DNA of 64,000 nt, taken from NCBI GenBank assembly GCA_041650735.1, contig JBAZKP010000003.1, positions 25,823 through 89,822 of the forward strand, given 5' to 3'. Below the pieces are notes generated by a model. The model was not told the origin of the DNA. It made no database searches and saw nothing but the letters and a program-made list of their open reading frames with translations. Positions 7,193 to 16,077 of the stretch are shown piece after piece. Position numbers and translations under genes: made by a program. Positions within the stretch are counted from its first letter, which is position 1. The number at the start of each line of letters is the position of its first letter. This DNA comes from an archaeon. GTDB taxonomy: Archaea; Iainarchaeota; Iainarchaeia; Iainarchaeales; JAAZKV01.

Positions 7193-9559
7193 TTATGGAT
7201 TATGGCAATCGCTTGGAGTAATTGTACCATCCGCTCCACTTGGCGTTCCTGTTCCGCCTGTTACTGTTACAGCTGGTTTTGGTGTTGGGCAAATATCAAA
7301 AGTAACATTTCCTCCGTTTCCTCCAGCTACAGAAGAATTTCCTCCGACTGCTGTTATTGTTGTAACTAATTGAATATTATTCAAAATTGCTGTTCCTCCG
7401 TTTCCGCCTGCTCCTCCTGCTCCCCCTGAACCGCCGTTTCCTCCGGAGAAAATTATTGTGGTTGCATTTGAATCAGTAAGTGTTAGTGTTCCTCCAGCAT
7501 TTCCATCAGCTCCTAAAAGCCCGCTGACTCCATCTCCTCCTTTTCCGCCATATAATGAGATTGTTGTTGCTGAAGAATCCTCCATATTAATATTTCCACC
7601 TAAGCCCGCTAATCCTCCTGCAGATCCGCCTGACCATTCGCAATACCCTGAAGCTGGTGCTCCCATTCCTCCATAATTAGAAACTGCATTTACAATAGAG
7701 CGTATTATTACAATGTTTCCTCCATCTCCTCCATTTCCATTATGGTTTGTACCAAAACAATATCCTCCTTGGCCTCCGTAAGCACTTATGTCTCCTGTCA
7801 AGGTTGAATCAGTTAAGTATACATTTCCTCCCATTCCACCATCTTTGCTATCAGCGCCTTCTCCTCCGTAATTAATTATGTGTCTTGCACTAGAATTAGT
7901 TAGTTCAACAATTCCTCCGTCCCCATTTTTTCCAAGGCTGTTCCATCCGTTTGCTGCACCATAGCCTCTGCTAGTTATATCTCTTGCAGTTGAATTTGTC
8001 AGGGTAACATGCCCTCCTTTACCCATTGTTTTGGCTCCTCTCGCTTCGGGGTATCCATCCAAATAATGTATGCTTGGAGAAACATCTATGTCATTAATAT
8101 TTGAATTATACACATTCACGTCTCCTCCGTCTCCGCCATAAGTCATTGGTGCGCCATCTCCATCAGCCAGCCCCATATATCCTCCTTTTGAATTAATCGT
8201 CCCTGTAACATTTGAATCAATTATTGTAATGTTTCCGCCATTGCCCCCATTGTTTGGAGAATAAATTCCTACTCCACCCCAAGCAGTAATGTTCACAATA
8301 GTGGAATTAATTACTTGAATATCTCCTCCATCAAACGCATTGCCAACCTCATTATTTCCTCCTTCTGCCAAAATTGATTCAGTTACTGTGCAGTTTCTTA
8401 CAGCGAGATTTGTGTAAGCATTTCCTGTTGAATTAGAAGCATTCACATTCCCTGTTATTGTATATTCGTTTCCGTAAATTGTAACATTATTTGCAGTAAC
8501 CGTTAAGCATTCTCCGCCTGCACCCATATCATTGTCTAAAATATAATTCCCATCAGCAACATCAAGAGTATTACAATCAGAGAGGTGTATGTGGCTAATC
8601 GATGGTTCTAAATAAATATCTAGGGATTTATTGCTGTCAACAATTATTTCGCTTGTATTTGAATCATAATCTGTTTTTGAGAAAACGCATGAATAAGAGC
8701 CTGAATTGAAATCAATTGATACAGGGGAATTCTGGTCAGCTAAATCATAATCATCAACATTACAATCAACACCCACATTGCTTAAATCTTCATAAGAAAA
8801 AGAATCTTTTAAATTCAAAACAACTTTATGAATTTCTGGTATAATCCAAGGATTAAGATAAATATCCATGGATTTGTTGCTGTCAGCAATTATTATAACA
8901 GCATTTGAATCATAACCTGATTTGGAAAAATTACAGTAATAATCCCCTATGCCAAAATTAATGCTGAAAGGAGAATCCTCTCCTGTTGTATCATAATCAT
9001 CTACATTACAATCCACGCTAATATCAGATAAGTGCTCTGCGGAATTAGAATCAAGAACATTAAATGAAATATTCATAATTTCAGCATTGACCTCAGGCTG
9101 GACAGCAACTATACTGCCTGCTAATTGTGCTTCTTCAACACAATCCACTGAAATTGTTGTAACAAATTGTTTTTCTAAACCATATTCTGATTCTGCATAA
9201 AAAACAACTTCACAATCTTTTTTCTCACCAACAAAACCAACACAAGAACATTCTTCATTCAACCCATTTAAAGAAAAATATTTTTCTTCTCCTTGGGACA
9301 TAATAACATCTTCATAATTCATGTCCACTCCGCCGACACTAACCTTTGTAAAAATCAATAATGCCCCTGAATTATTTACTAATCCAACTAACCCGTTTCC
9401 GTCAACATCAACAACAGCTTCTGAAATACTAATCATTCCTGAAGAAGAGCCCAAATTCTTTGAACCTACAGAAACATTTTGGAAAAAAGGTTCTCCTAAT
9501 AAAGAAACCAAACTAACAACAACTAAACCCACTATAACAATAATGGCAACAGTAACCAA
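7193..9559 (-). CDS. Class III signal peptide pilin-like protein with two tandem beta-sandwich repeats and a Gly-rich beta-helix-like C-terminal region
   Basis: The track ORF starts at the TTG at 9559, which lies inside the signal-peptide motif. The frame stays open upstream to 9595 and encodes G V I L R A Q G T I E Y L, so the true start is probably upstream and non-canonical (see finding). It shares the pilin-like domain with 6087-7160 and sits 32 nt upstream of it. Confidence 0.85.
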   Translation of the reverse strand: MVTVAIIVIVGLVVVSLVSLLGEPFFQNVSVGSKNLGSSSGMISISEAVVDVDGNGLVGLVNNSGALLIFTKVSVGGVDMNYEDVIMSQGEEKYFSLNGLNEECSCVGFVGEKKDCEVVFYAESEYGLEKQFVTTISVDCVEEAQLAGSIVAVQPEVNAEIMNISFNVLDSNSAEHLSDISVDCNVDDYDTTGEDSPFSINFGIGDYYCNFSKSGYDSNAVIIIADSNKSMDIYLNPWIIPEIHKVVLNLKDSFSYEDLSNVGVDCNVDDYDLADQNSPVSIDFNSGSYSCVFSKTDYDSNTSEIIVDSNKSLDIYLEPSISHIHLSDCNTLDVADGNYILDNDMGAGGECLTVTANNVTIYGNEYTITGNVNASNSTGNAYTNLAVRNCTVTESILAEGGNNEVGNAFDGGDIQVINSTIVNITAWGGVGIYSPNNGGNGGNITIIDSNVTGTINSKGGYMGLADGDGAPMTYGGDGGDVNVYNSNINDIDVSPSIHYLDGYPEARGAKTMGKGGHVTLTNSTARDITSRGYGAANGWNSLGKNGDGGIVELTNSSARHIINYGGEGADSKDGGMGGNVYLTDSTLTGDISAYGGQGGYCFGTNHNGNGGDGGNIVIIRSIVNAVSNYGGMGAPASGYCEWSGGSAGGLAGLGGNINMEDSSATTISLYGGKGGDGVSGLLGADGNAGGTLTLTDSNATTIIFSGGNGGSGGAGGAGGNGGTAILNNIQLVTTITAVGGNSSVAGGNGGNVTFDICPTPKPAVTVTGGTGTPSGADGTITPSDCHNP
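8600..9090 (-). repeat. Two tandem 246-nt (82-aa) coding repeats inside the 788-aa pilin-like gene
   Basis: The units are offset by 246 nt (compare 'gatttattgctgtcaacaattatt' at 8625 with 'gatttgttgctgtcagcaattatt' at 8871). The protein units are '..VDCNVDDYD....SP.SI.F..G.Y.C.FSK..YDSN......DSNKS.DIYL.P'. Confidence 0.65.
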
Positions 9560-9629
9560 GTATTCAATTGTACCTTGAGCTCTCAGAATAACACCCTAAA
9601 ATAGAATATACAATTTACTCTAACTTAAC

Positions 9630-9636
9630 ATATAAA
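9630..9636 (-). promoter_or_regulatory. TATA-like box upstream of the 788-aa pilin-like gene
   Basis: The minus strand reads 'gaaaggTTTATATg', about 45 nt upstream of the conserved signal-peptide coding sequence. Confidence 0.35.
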
Positions 9637-9662
9637 CCTTTCTTTTTCAAAAGTTGCTTTTT

Positions 9663-10415
9663 TTATAATTGTATTTTTGAGAATGAGTAGCTTCCTATCC
9701 AAAGGAATATTGATGTGACAATTATCAAAATCATTAAATCAAATGGCAATCCGAATTGTGAATTTCCTGTTAGTGCTGCCCTTAACCCATCAACTCCATA
9801 AGTGAGGGGATTGAATTTTGTTATCAACCCTAATGGTTCCGGCAGCCCATCTAACGGGAATAATGCCCCTGATAGGAAAAACATCGGCATCATCAAAAAA
9901 TTCATTATTAATTGGAACCCGTGCATGTCTTCCATCCATGAAGCTATTGCTGTCCCGAATGCTGTGAAGAGGAGCGCGATTAAAAACATTATTAGTATTG
10001 CAACTGGTATCATCCAAATGTTTCCAATGGCAAAACCAAATATCATTGAGATTATTAGCACAAGGAGTCCTTGGAATACTGATACTGTTGCTCCTCCAAG
10101 GGTTCTGCCTATCATTATTTTTATTCTTGGCACTGGTGCAACAAGTGTTTCTTTCAAGAATCCGAATTGTCTGTCCCAAATTACCTCTATTCCGTTAAAC
10201 ATTGCTGTAAACAAAATCGTCATTGCAATTATTCCCGGTATAATGAAATCCAAATAATTTCCGCCCCCCGCTTTAGCAAATATTGGTCCAAAACCAAATC
10301 CGAATGCTAACAAAAATAAGAGGGGCTGTCCTAGTGAACCAATTATTCTTGATTTTGACCGAAAGTATTTCTTTACCTGTCTTAGCCACAAAATGTACAC
10401 TGATTTTATTTCCAT
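9663..10415 (-). CDS. ABC-2 type transporter permease
   Basis: Six-TM protein. 'ILWLRQVKKYFRSKSRIIGSLGQPLLFLLAFGFG' is a typical ABC-2 N-terminus. It is adjacent to the cognate ATPase. The ATG at 10415 lies inside the TTG-started track ORF. Confidence 0.8.
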   Translation of the reverse strand: MEIKSVYILWLRQVKKYFRSKSRIIGSLGQPLLFLLAFGFGFGPIFAKAGGGNYLDFIIPGIIAMTILFTAMFNGIEVIWDRQFGFLKETLVAPVPRIKIMIGRTLGGATVSVFQGLLVLIISMIFGFAIGNIWMIPVAILIMFLIALLFTAFGTAIASWMEDMHGFQLIMNFLMMPMFFLSGALFPLDGLPEPLGLITKFNPLTYGVDGLRAALTGNSQFGLPFDLMILIIVTSIFLWIGSYSFSKIQL

Positions 10416-10518
10416 AACCGCACCATTAACCAAAAAATTATTTTCTTACCCCAAGTTCCTTTTAACCAATTTTATCATTCAAGTTCTTTCTAACCTACAA
10501 TTCAACTAAATTTCCTAA

Positions 10519-11310
10519 TTATCTTCTCATCCTCATTCTCATTTCTTTACTAATCATTTCCGCTTCTTGTGCTCTTATTTGGTGTCCTGTGAGTTTTATG
10601 AATGCATCTTCAAGTGATTTTGATTTAGTTTGTTTTTTGAGTGTGCTTGCTGTTCCTTCTGCAACTATTTTTCCATAATCTATTACCGCAATCCTGTCAG
10701 CCACTCTTTGTGCTTCTTCCATGTAATGTGTGGTAAAGAAAACCGTTATTCCTTCTTTTTTGTTTAGTTCTTTTATGTACCCCCATATGTGGTTTCTTGT
10801 TTGCGGATCAAGCCCTATTGTTGGTTCATCAAGGAAAAGTATTTTTGGGTGATGAAGTAATCCTCTTGCTATTTCTAGTCTTCTTTTCATTCCGCCTGAA
10901 AATGTTTTCACTAAATCATTTTTTCTTTCCCATAATTCTGTTATTTTCATTAATTGTTCAATCCTTTCTTTCCTCAATTCTTTTGGCACCTGATATAATA
11001 TTCCATGAAAATCCATGTTTTCGTATGCTGTCAAATCATCATCCAAACTTGGGTCTTGAAAAATTATTCCAAAGCTTTTCCTTGCATTCTCTGAATTAGT
11101 TGAGGGATTAAACCCATTTAGGATTACTTTTCCTTTTGTTGGGTGAAGCAGTGTTGTAAGTATTTTTATGGTTGTTGATTTGCCAGCCCCATTTGGCCCA
11201 AGGAAAGCAAATATTTCTCCTTTTTTCACTGAAAAAGAAATTCCATCCACTGCTTTTATTTCTCCAAAGTGCTTGGATAAATTCCTTACTGTAATAATAT
11301 TTTCGACCAT
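10519..11310 (-). CDS. ABC transporter ATP-binding protein (DrrA/ABC-2 exporter type)
   Basis: Walker A 'GPNGAGKST', signature 'SGGMKRRLEIA', Walker B 'ILFLDEPT' and the H-loop 'TTHYMEEA'. Confidence 0.92.
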   Translation of the reverse strand: MVENIITVRNLSKHFGEIKAVDGISFSVKKGEIFAFLGPNGAGKSTTIKILTTLLHPTKGKVILNGFNPSTNSENARKSFGIIFQDPSLDDDLTAYENMDFHGILYQVPKELRKERIEQLMKITELWERKNDLVKTFSGGMKRRLEIARGLLHHPKILFLDEPTIGLDPQTRNHIWGYIKELNKKEGITVFFTTHYMEEAQRVADRIAVIDYGKIVAEGTASTLKKQTKSKSLEDAFIKLTGHQIRAQEAEMISKEMRMRMRR

Positions 11311-11458
11311 GAGTTACTCATTTATGAATAGATTAAAAAAGCCACCATTTTTAATTTGATTTTACTTGGTTTTAGCATTTTTGTACCCCTAAATTTGATT
11401 TTGTTTTTTTCCGCAATTCTTTTAACTCTATCTCTTGACAAAATTGTTCCTGGTGAGC

Positions 11459-13996
11459 ATGAATTTTCTTTACAAAGGCCCTGAGCTTAGGGCTTGGCAG
11501 GTTGAAGCTATTGATGCTTGGGAAAAGCATCATATTGGAATTATTCAGGCTGTGCCTGGTGCGGGAAAAACTATTCTTGCGGTAAGAATGCTTACTTCCA
11601 AACTCGAACAGGAAGAGAATCTAAAAGTGCTTATTGTTTGTCCCCGTTTAACTCTTATCCAGCAATGGGTGGATTCTATTACTGAGTATTCAAATATTAA
11701 GAGGAATGAAATTTATGAAGTTTCAAGTAATAATGAATCAAAAGCTTATGTTTGTGCACAGAACAAGTTGCAGCATTACAAGGTTTTTATCTCCACTTTC
11801 CACCAGATAAAACAATTCTTCAATGAATGCAAATGGAAGGACCATAATTGGTTCCTTATTGTGGATGAGATGCATAACACTACTGAAAATTACAAGTTCC
11901 CTAATGCTCCAATAAAGTACAAGCTTGGTTTATCCGCAACTCCTAAAAAGAAAGGAAGGGATGCTGATTTTAATTTAGGGGGAATTGTTTACACTTATGC
12001 TTTTTCCCAAGCTTTGCAGGACAAAATAATTCTTGATCCTGTTATCAAAATTGTTTTTTACTCTGTGAATAAACAATTGTTCAAAAAAATCCAGAATGAA
12101 AGCGATGCTACTAGTGATTTAGTTGAAAGTGCTTATGATGATTTTTTACCTGATGAGGGTATGGATGAAGTTGAAAAAATAATGTTCCATCAGGAAAAGC
12201 CTAAGCTTGTTAAGAGCTCAAAAAATGTTGAGGAAGAGATTCAAGAAGGCTTAGAGGAAGTGCAAAACGAGGAAGCGGATGTCTTTACCTCAAAGAGCAC
12301 TGATTTTGTTGGTATCCAACGTATCCTTGAAGACCAATTCAAGATTGGCAAAAAAAATAGTGTTCAAACTCTTGTGTTCGTTAACAGGATAAAGAAAGCT
12401 GATTTGCTGAACAGGATGCTTGCGGAAAAGTTTTCTGAGAAAGTTTCCCATTCGTACCATTCAAAATCAGAGAAATATAATCAGAAAAACAATTTCAATA
12501 AACTAAAACAACAATTTGCTGAAGGAAACTTTAATGTACTTATTTCGGTTGGCACTCTCGGAGAAGGTATTGATTTTCCTTATGCTTCCCACGGTATTAT
12601 TGCCAGCCCTATATACAATCCCACTTCTTTTGTTCAAAAGGTTGGAAGGCTTTTGCGTTCTTACAAGGATCACAAAAAAGCGGTTATTTACTATTATGTC
12701 CCTTCTGAATTAATTACTCGTCTTCTCACTGATGAAAAAATTGAGCCTAATTATTTCAAATCCATAATAAAAATTGCTGATGAGAATAAGGATTTGTATT
12801 TTGTTGACAGAAAGTCTCTGAAAGAAGAACCTGGTTCTCTTGCTGATTTGCTTATCCAAGGTGCTGCTTATGAGAGAAACGAGGATATTAAGCGAATAAA
12901 GATTCCTTATGACCTTGATTCAATAATGCGTTTCTTTAAGCGCGTTTATCCTGAGAACCTTAAGGATTGGAAAAAATTTTACATTAATCAGATAGAAGAG
13001 AAGGAGAATAAGGAAAAGAAGAAAAAGAAAACTATTGCAGAGGTTGATGAAAAACCTCAAGAGCCAAAAGTGCAGAAAGAAATTGATTTTACTCCTTTGC
13101 GTAATGAGCTTGCAAAGAACCATTTACTGGTTCTTTCTTCCGCAAAATCTTTAAAATCTAATCTCCAGAGTATTGAGATTATTCAGAAAAAGTTTTTGGA
13201 CAGAAAATTCAAGGATTTTGGAAATGTAAAAGCTTTTGTAAAGGAAGGGTTGAAACAGAAAATCATTACAAAAATAAAGTATGGCCATGAGCTTGAAAAA
13301 ATTGCTTCTGATGAAAAATCAATTCTTTCCCTTTCTGAACAAGAAATGCTTGCAAACATGGTGTCTGCGGAGCTCTATGATTTTTGTTCAAAACAAAAGG
13401 ATTTGAAAAAAGTGCTTGTTTCAATTTCTTCCTCTATTTTTCTTCTTGAAAAGCATTCTGAAGAAAAGCATGCCTCTGTAGGGGTAGTTAATGAGCGTAT
13501 TAGTGCTATGAATAGGGTTGCAAAATCTTTTTTTGATCTCCAGTCTCTTTTCCTTGATGAGCTTGATTTATCTGATTTGGCTAAGAGCATTACCAGTGAT
13601 GAAAAAAAGTTTTTCTTAATAATAGGAAAGGATATTTTCCTAACCAAGCAACTTGCACGCAAATTCTCTTATCCCGAGGATTTTGGGTTGAGCAGGTGGA
13701 GGGAAGAAAAAGAAGCCCCTGTTGTTGTAATCACTCTTTCCCCTGTTGAAAAGTTTTGCAAGCGATTAATGTTTCTTATGAATGAGCAGGAACAAGGTAA
13801 AGGGAATTATTCAGGTTTATTGCATAATTGGGGTATTTTGAAGGAAAGTATTTGCTCTGAACTTAAGATTCCTATTCAAAAAGACGAGGAGATTTTGAAG
13901 GAACTTGAGAGGCATAAGTTTGAGAAAGAATTTTCCTTTGAAAAACTCTTTTTTGTATCAGAAACTGTTAAGGCATTTAGAACAAAATCCTTTTGA
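11459..13996 (+). CDS. Superfamily-2 helicase (ResIII/XPB-like core) with a ~400-aa uncharacterised C-terminal extension
   Basis: Motif I 'AVPGAGKT', motif II 'VDEMH', motif III 'SATP' and motif VI 'QKVGRLLR'. The K/E-rich C-terminal half has no recognisable domain. The track start at 11435 is TTG and the first ATG is at 11459. Confidence 0.8.
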   Translation: MNFLYKGPELRAWQVEAIDAWEKHHIGIIQAVPGAGKTILAVRMLTSKLEQEENLKVLIVCPRLTLIQQWVDSITEYSNIKRNEIYEVSSNNESKAYVCAQNKLQHYKVFISTFHQIKQFFNECKWKDHNWFLIVDEMHNTTENYKFPNAPIKYKLGLSATPKKKGRDADFNLGGIVYTYAFSQALQDKIILDPVIKIVFYSVNKQLFKKIQNESDATSDLVESAYDDFLPDEGMDEVEKIMFHQEKPKLVKSSKNVEEEIQEGLEEVQNEEADVFTSKSTDFVGIQRILEDQFKIGKKNSVQTLVFVNRIKKADLLNRMLAEKFSEKVSHSYHSKSEKYNQKNNFNKLKQQFAEGNFNVLISVGTLGEGIDFPYASHGIIASPIYNPTSFVQKVGRLLRSYKDHKKAVIYYYVPSELITRLLTDEKIEPNYFKSIIKIADENKDLYFVDRKSLKEEPGSLADLLIQGAAYERNEDIKRIKIPYDLDSIMRFFKRVYPENLKDWKKFYINQIEEKENKEKKKKKTIAEVDEKPQEPKVQKEIDFTPLRNELAKNHLLVLSSAKSLKSNLQSIEIIQKKFLDRKFKDFGNVKAFVKEGLKQKIITKIKYGHELEKIASDEKSILSLSEQEMLANMVSAELYDFCSKQKDLKKVLVSISSSIFLLEKHSEEKHASVGVVNERISAMNRVAKSFFDLQSLFLDELDLSDLAKSITSDEKKFFLIIGKDIFLTKQLARKFSYPEDFGLSRWREEKEAPVVVITLSPVEKFCKRLMFLMNEQEQGKGNYSGLLHNWGILKESICSELKIPIQKDEEILKELERHKFEKEFSFEKLFFVSETVKAFRTKSF

Positions 13997-14091
13997 GAAT
14001 ACTTGTGATAAAAAAACTTTTGAAGGAATTAATTTCTAAGTGTTCAGCATTACCCTTTTATTCTGTTTCAATTGCTATTGCTTGGGTTGGA

Positions 14092-15543
14092 ATGAAACAT
14101 TTTTGTGGGATTTGTGGGGCAAGTTTTCCTGATTATGGTGCTGAGCTTGCGTTATATCAAATGCTTTTGCAGATGCAGCACAGGGGCCAGCTTTCTGCAG
14201 GAATAACTGTTTTGAAAGAAAATGAACCTTTTCTTTTGCGTACCCATAAGAATCTTGGATTAGTGAATAATGTTTTTCATGCTGAGCATAAGGGAAAGTT
14301 TTCTTCCATTATGCAAAAATTTTCTTCAAGGAAAGGAATTGGACATGTAAGGTATGCTACTTGTGGGGCTGATGATGTTGAATATGCTCAGCCGGTTGAA
14401 CATTTTCATGGTTTGAAAAACAGGTGGTTTTCTCTTGCTTTCAACGGAAACATTGCTAATTATCCTAAAATAAAATCCTCTCTTGAGGAAAAAAATTATC
14501 ATTTTGTTAGAGAAAATGACACTGAAGCAATAATGCTTTTGCTTTCAAAATCACTTAAGGAAAAGGAAACCATTGTTGGGGCTTTTTCTAATTTAGCAGG
14601 AATCCTTGATGGGGCTTATTGTCTTTCTTTTATGAATGCTGAAGGAACTCTTGTTGGGGCGCGTGATCCTCTCGGGTTAAGGCCTTTGTGTTATGCTGAA
14701 AAAGAAGGCAAAGTTGCTTTTGCTTCTGAAAGTATTGCTTTGCAATCCATTGGTTTTGAAGAAATTCATGATATTGAACCTGGAAAAATGCTTATTCAGG
14801 AAAAGGATTCTTTTAGGATTGAGGAATTTGCAAAAAGTGAGAGAAGAGCTCATTGTTTTTTTGAGTGGGTTTATTTTGCACACGCTGCCTCAAAAATTGA
14901 GGGGAAACTTGTGTATGAGGTTCGGTATGCGCTTGGAAAAGAACTTGCTAAACAGGAAAAACAAAATATTGACAAAAATTGTGTTGTTGTTGCTGTACCT
15001 GATTCAAGTACTCCTGCTGGAAATGGTTTTGCTGAAGCACTTGGCATTCCACTAAGAGAAGGATTAATCAGGAACAGGTATGTTGGTAGAACATTTATTG
15101 AAGCAAAGGACAGAGCTGAGAGAGTTAAAAGCAAATTTTCTCTGATTAAGGAAGTTTTTGCAGGAAAAAAAGTTTTTTTAATTGAGGATAGTATTGTGCG
15201 CGGAACCACTTTGAAGAGCCTTGTGAGTTTTATCAAAAAATTTGGTTCGCCAAAAGAAATTCATGTAAGGGTTTCCTGTCCCCCTATTCTTTCGCCTTGT
15301 TTTTATGGAATTGATATGAGCACTAAAAAAGAACTTATTGCTGCTGAATTGGGCGCTGATGAATCTACAATTGCAAAAGAACTTGGGGTTGATTCTCTTT
15401 CTTACCAAACAATTTCTGGCCTGATTAATGCACTCGGATTAAAAGAAAAAAATCTTTGCTTAGCTTGTTTGAATGGAGATTATCCAACCCAAGCCGGAAA
15501 AGAAAATGCTTTAAATGATTCCGGCACTGGAAGGAAATGCTAA
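14092..15543 (+). CDS. purF: Amidophosphoribosyltransferase
   Basis: 'MKHF|CGICG' gives the N-terminal nucleophile Cys after a short propeptide. Also 'GHVRYATCG', the PRPP motif 'VFLIEDSIVRGTT' and the C-terminal Cys cluster 'CLACLNGDYP'. The track ORF start at 13993 (TTG) adds an implausible leader. Confidence 0.9.
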   Translation: MKHFCGICGASFPDYGAELALYQMLLQMQHRGQLSAGITVLKENEPFLLRTHKNLGLVNNVFHAEHKGKFSSIMQKFSSRKGIGHVRYATCGADDVEYAQPVEHFHGLKNRWFSLAFNGNIANYPKIKSSLEEKNYHFVRENDTEAIMLLLSKSLKEKETIVGAFSNLAGILDGAYCLSFMNAEGTLVGARDPLGLRPLCYAEKEGKVAFASESIALQSIGFEEIHDIEPGKMLIQEKDSFRIEEFAKSERRAHCFFEWVYFAHAASKIEGKLVYEVRYALGKELAKQEKQNIDKNCVVVAVPDSSTPAGNGFAEALGIPLREGLIRNRYVGRTFIEAKDRAERVKSKFSLIKEVFAGKKVFLIEDSIVRGTTLKSLVSFIKKFGSPKEIHVRVSCPPILSPCFYGIDMSTKKELIAAELGADESTIAKELGVDSLSYQTISGLINALGLKEKNLCLACLNGDYPTQAGKENALNDSGTGRKC

Positions 15544-15722
15544 TTGTAAATTACTTTTCAAGTTCTCTATTTTTTATAACCGGAAGCGTTGAGTGTTTTG
15601 GGGTATTTCTTCCACTATTTTTTTTTCATTAGAAACTGATTTCTAGTGAACAAAAACCCTTTCTTCCGCTAAGCACAAATTTTAAAAAAATAGAAGAAAA
15701 TCAAGTTAAAAGAAGAAAAATA

Positions 15723-15764
15723 GTCCGCCCAACCCCAAGACTTTTTCTTGGTTGTTAGACGGAC
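15723..15764. other. Imperfect GC-enriched long hairpin in the purF-hxlR spacer
   Basis: gtccgcccaaccccaaga-ctttt-tcttggttgttagacggac. The outer stem is gtccg/cggac and the inner stem is ccaaga/tcttgg. It could be a terminator or a small RNA element. Confidence 0.25.
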
Positions 15765-15817
15765 CTTTGCAATTTCTAAGAATTAGCTGTGTGAGGAGTT
15801 AATTCCCTTAAGGTACT

Positions 15818-15985
15818 CTAATAATGTTCCGTACCGATTTTTTCATTAGTAGCTCTTACCCAGTTAGCTAGAGTATTGTTTTCCAATATCTCTACCATTA
15901 CTTGATCCAGGTAAAAGTTATGACTCCTCTTCTGAGTCACAGCCTCTTCTCCTTTAACGAATCTCATCCAGTTCATACTAACCAT
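15818..15985 (-). CDS. Possible small ORF (55 aa), divergent from the HxlR regulator
   Basis: Read by eye: MVSMNWMRFVKGEEAVTQKRSHNFYLDQVMVEILENNTLANWVRATNEKIGTEHY. It has non-repetitive composition and lies in a 513-nt gap. No family recognised. Confidence 0.3.
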   Translation of the reverse strand: MVSMNWMRFVKGEEAVTQKRSHNFYLDQVMVEILENNTLANWVRATNEKIGTEHY

Positions 15986-16077
15986 TACACTCAAACTATA
16001 TTTAAATAAGTAGCTTTAAAAAGATTACTAGCTATACATTATATAGTTATTTCATTTTGGCAAAGAGATTGATTTTA

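Noticed and set aside
9596-9598. Read-through or recoding of the in-frame TAG upstream of the 788-aa pilin gene (a TTG at 9611-9613 would give M-Y-I-L-F-*-G-V-I-L-R-A-Q-G).
   Set aside because: There is no other sign of stop-codon reassignment in the window, and TAG, TAA and TGA all terminate well-supported genes. Non-canonical initiation or a local error is more parsimonious.
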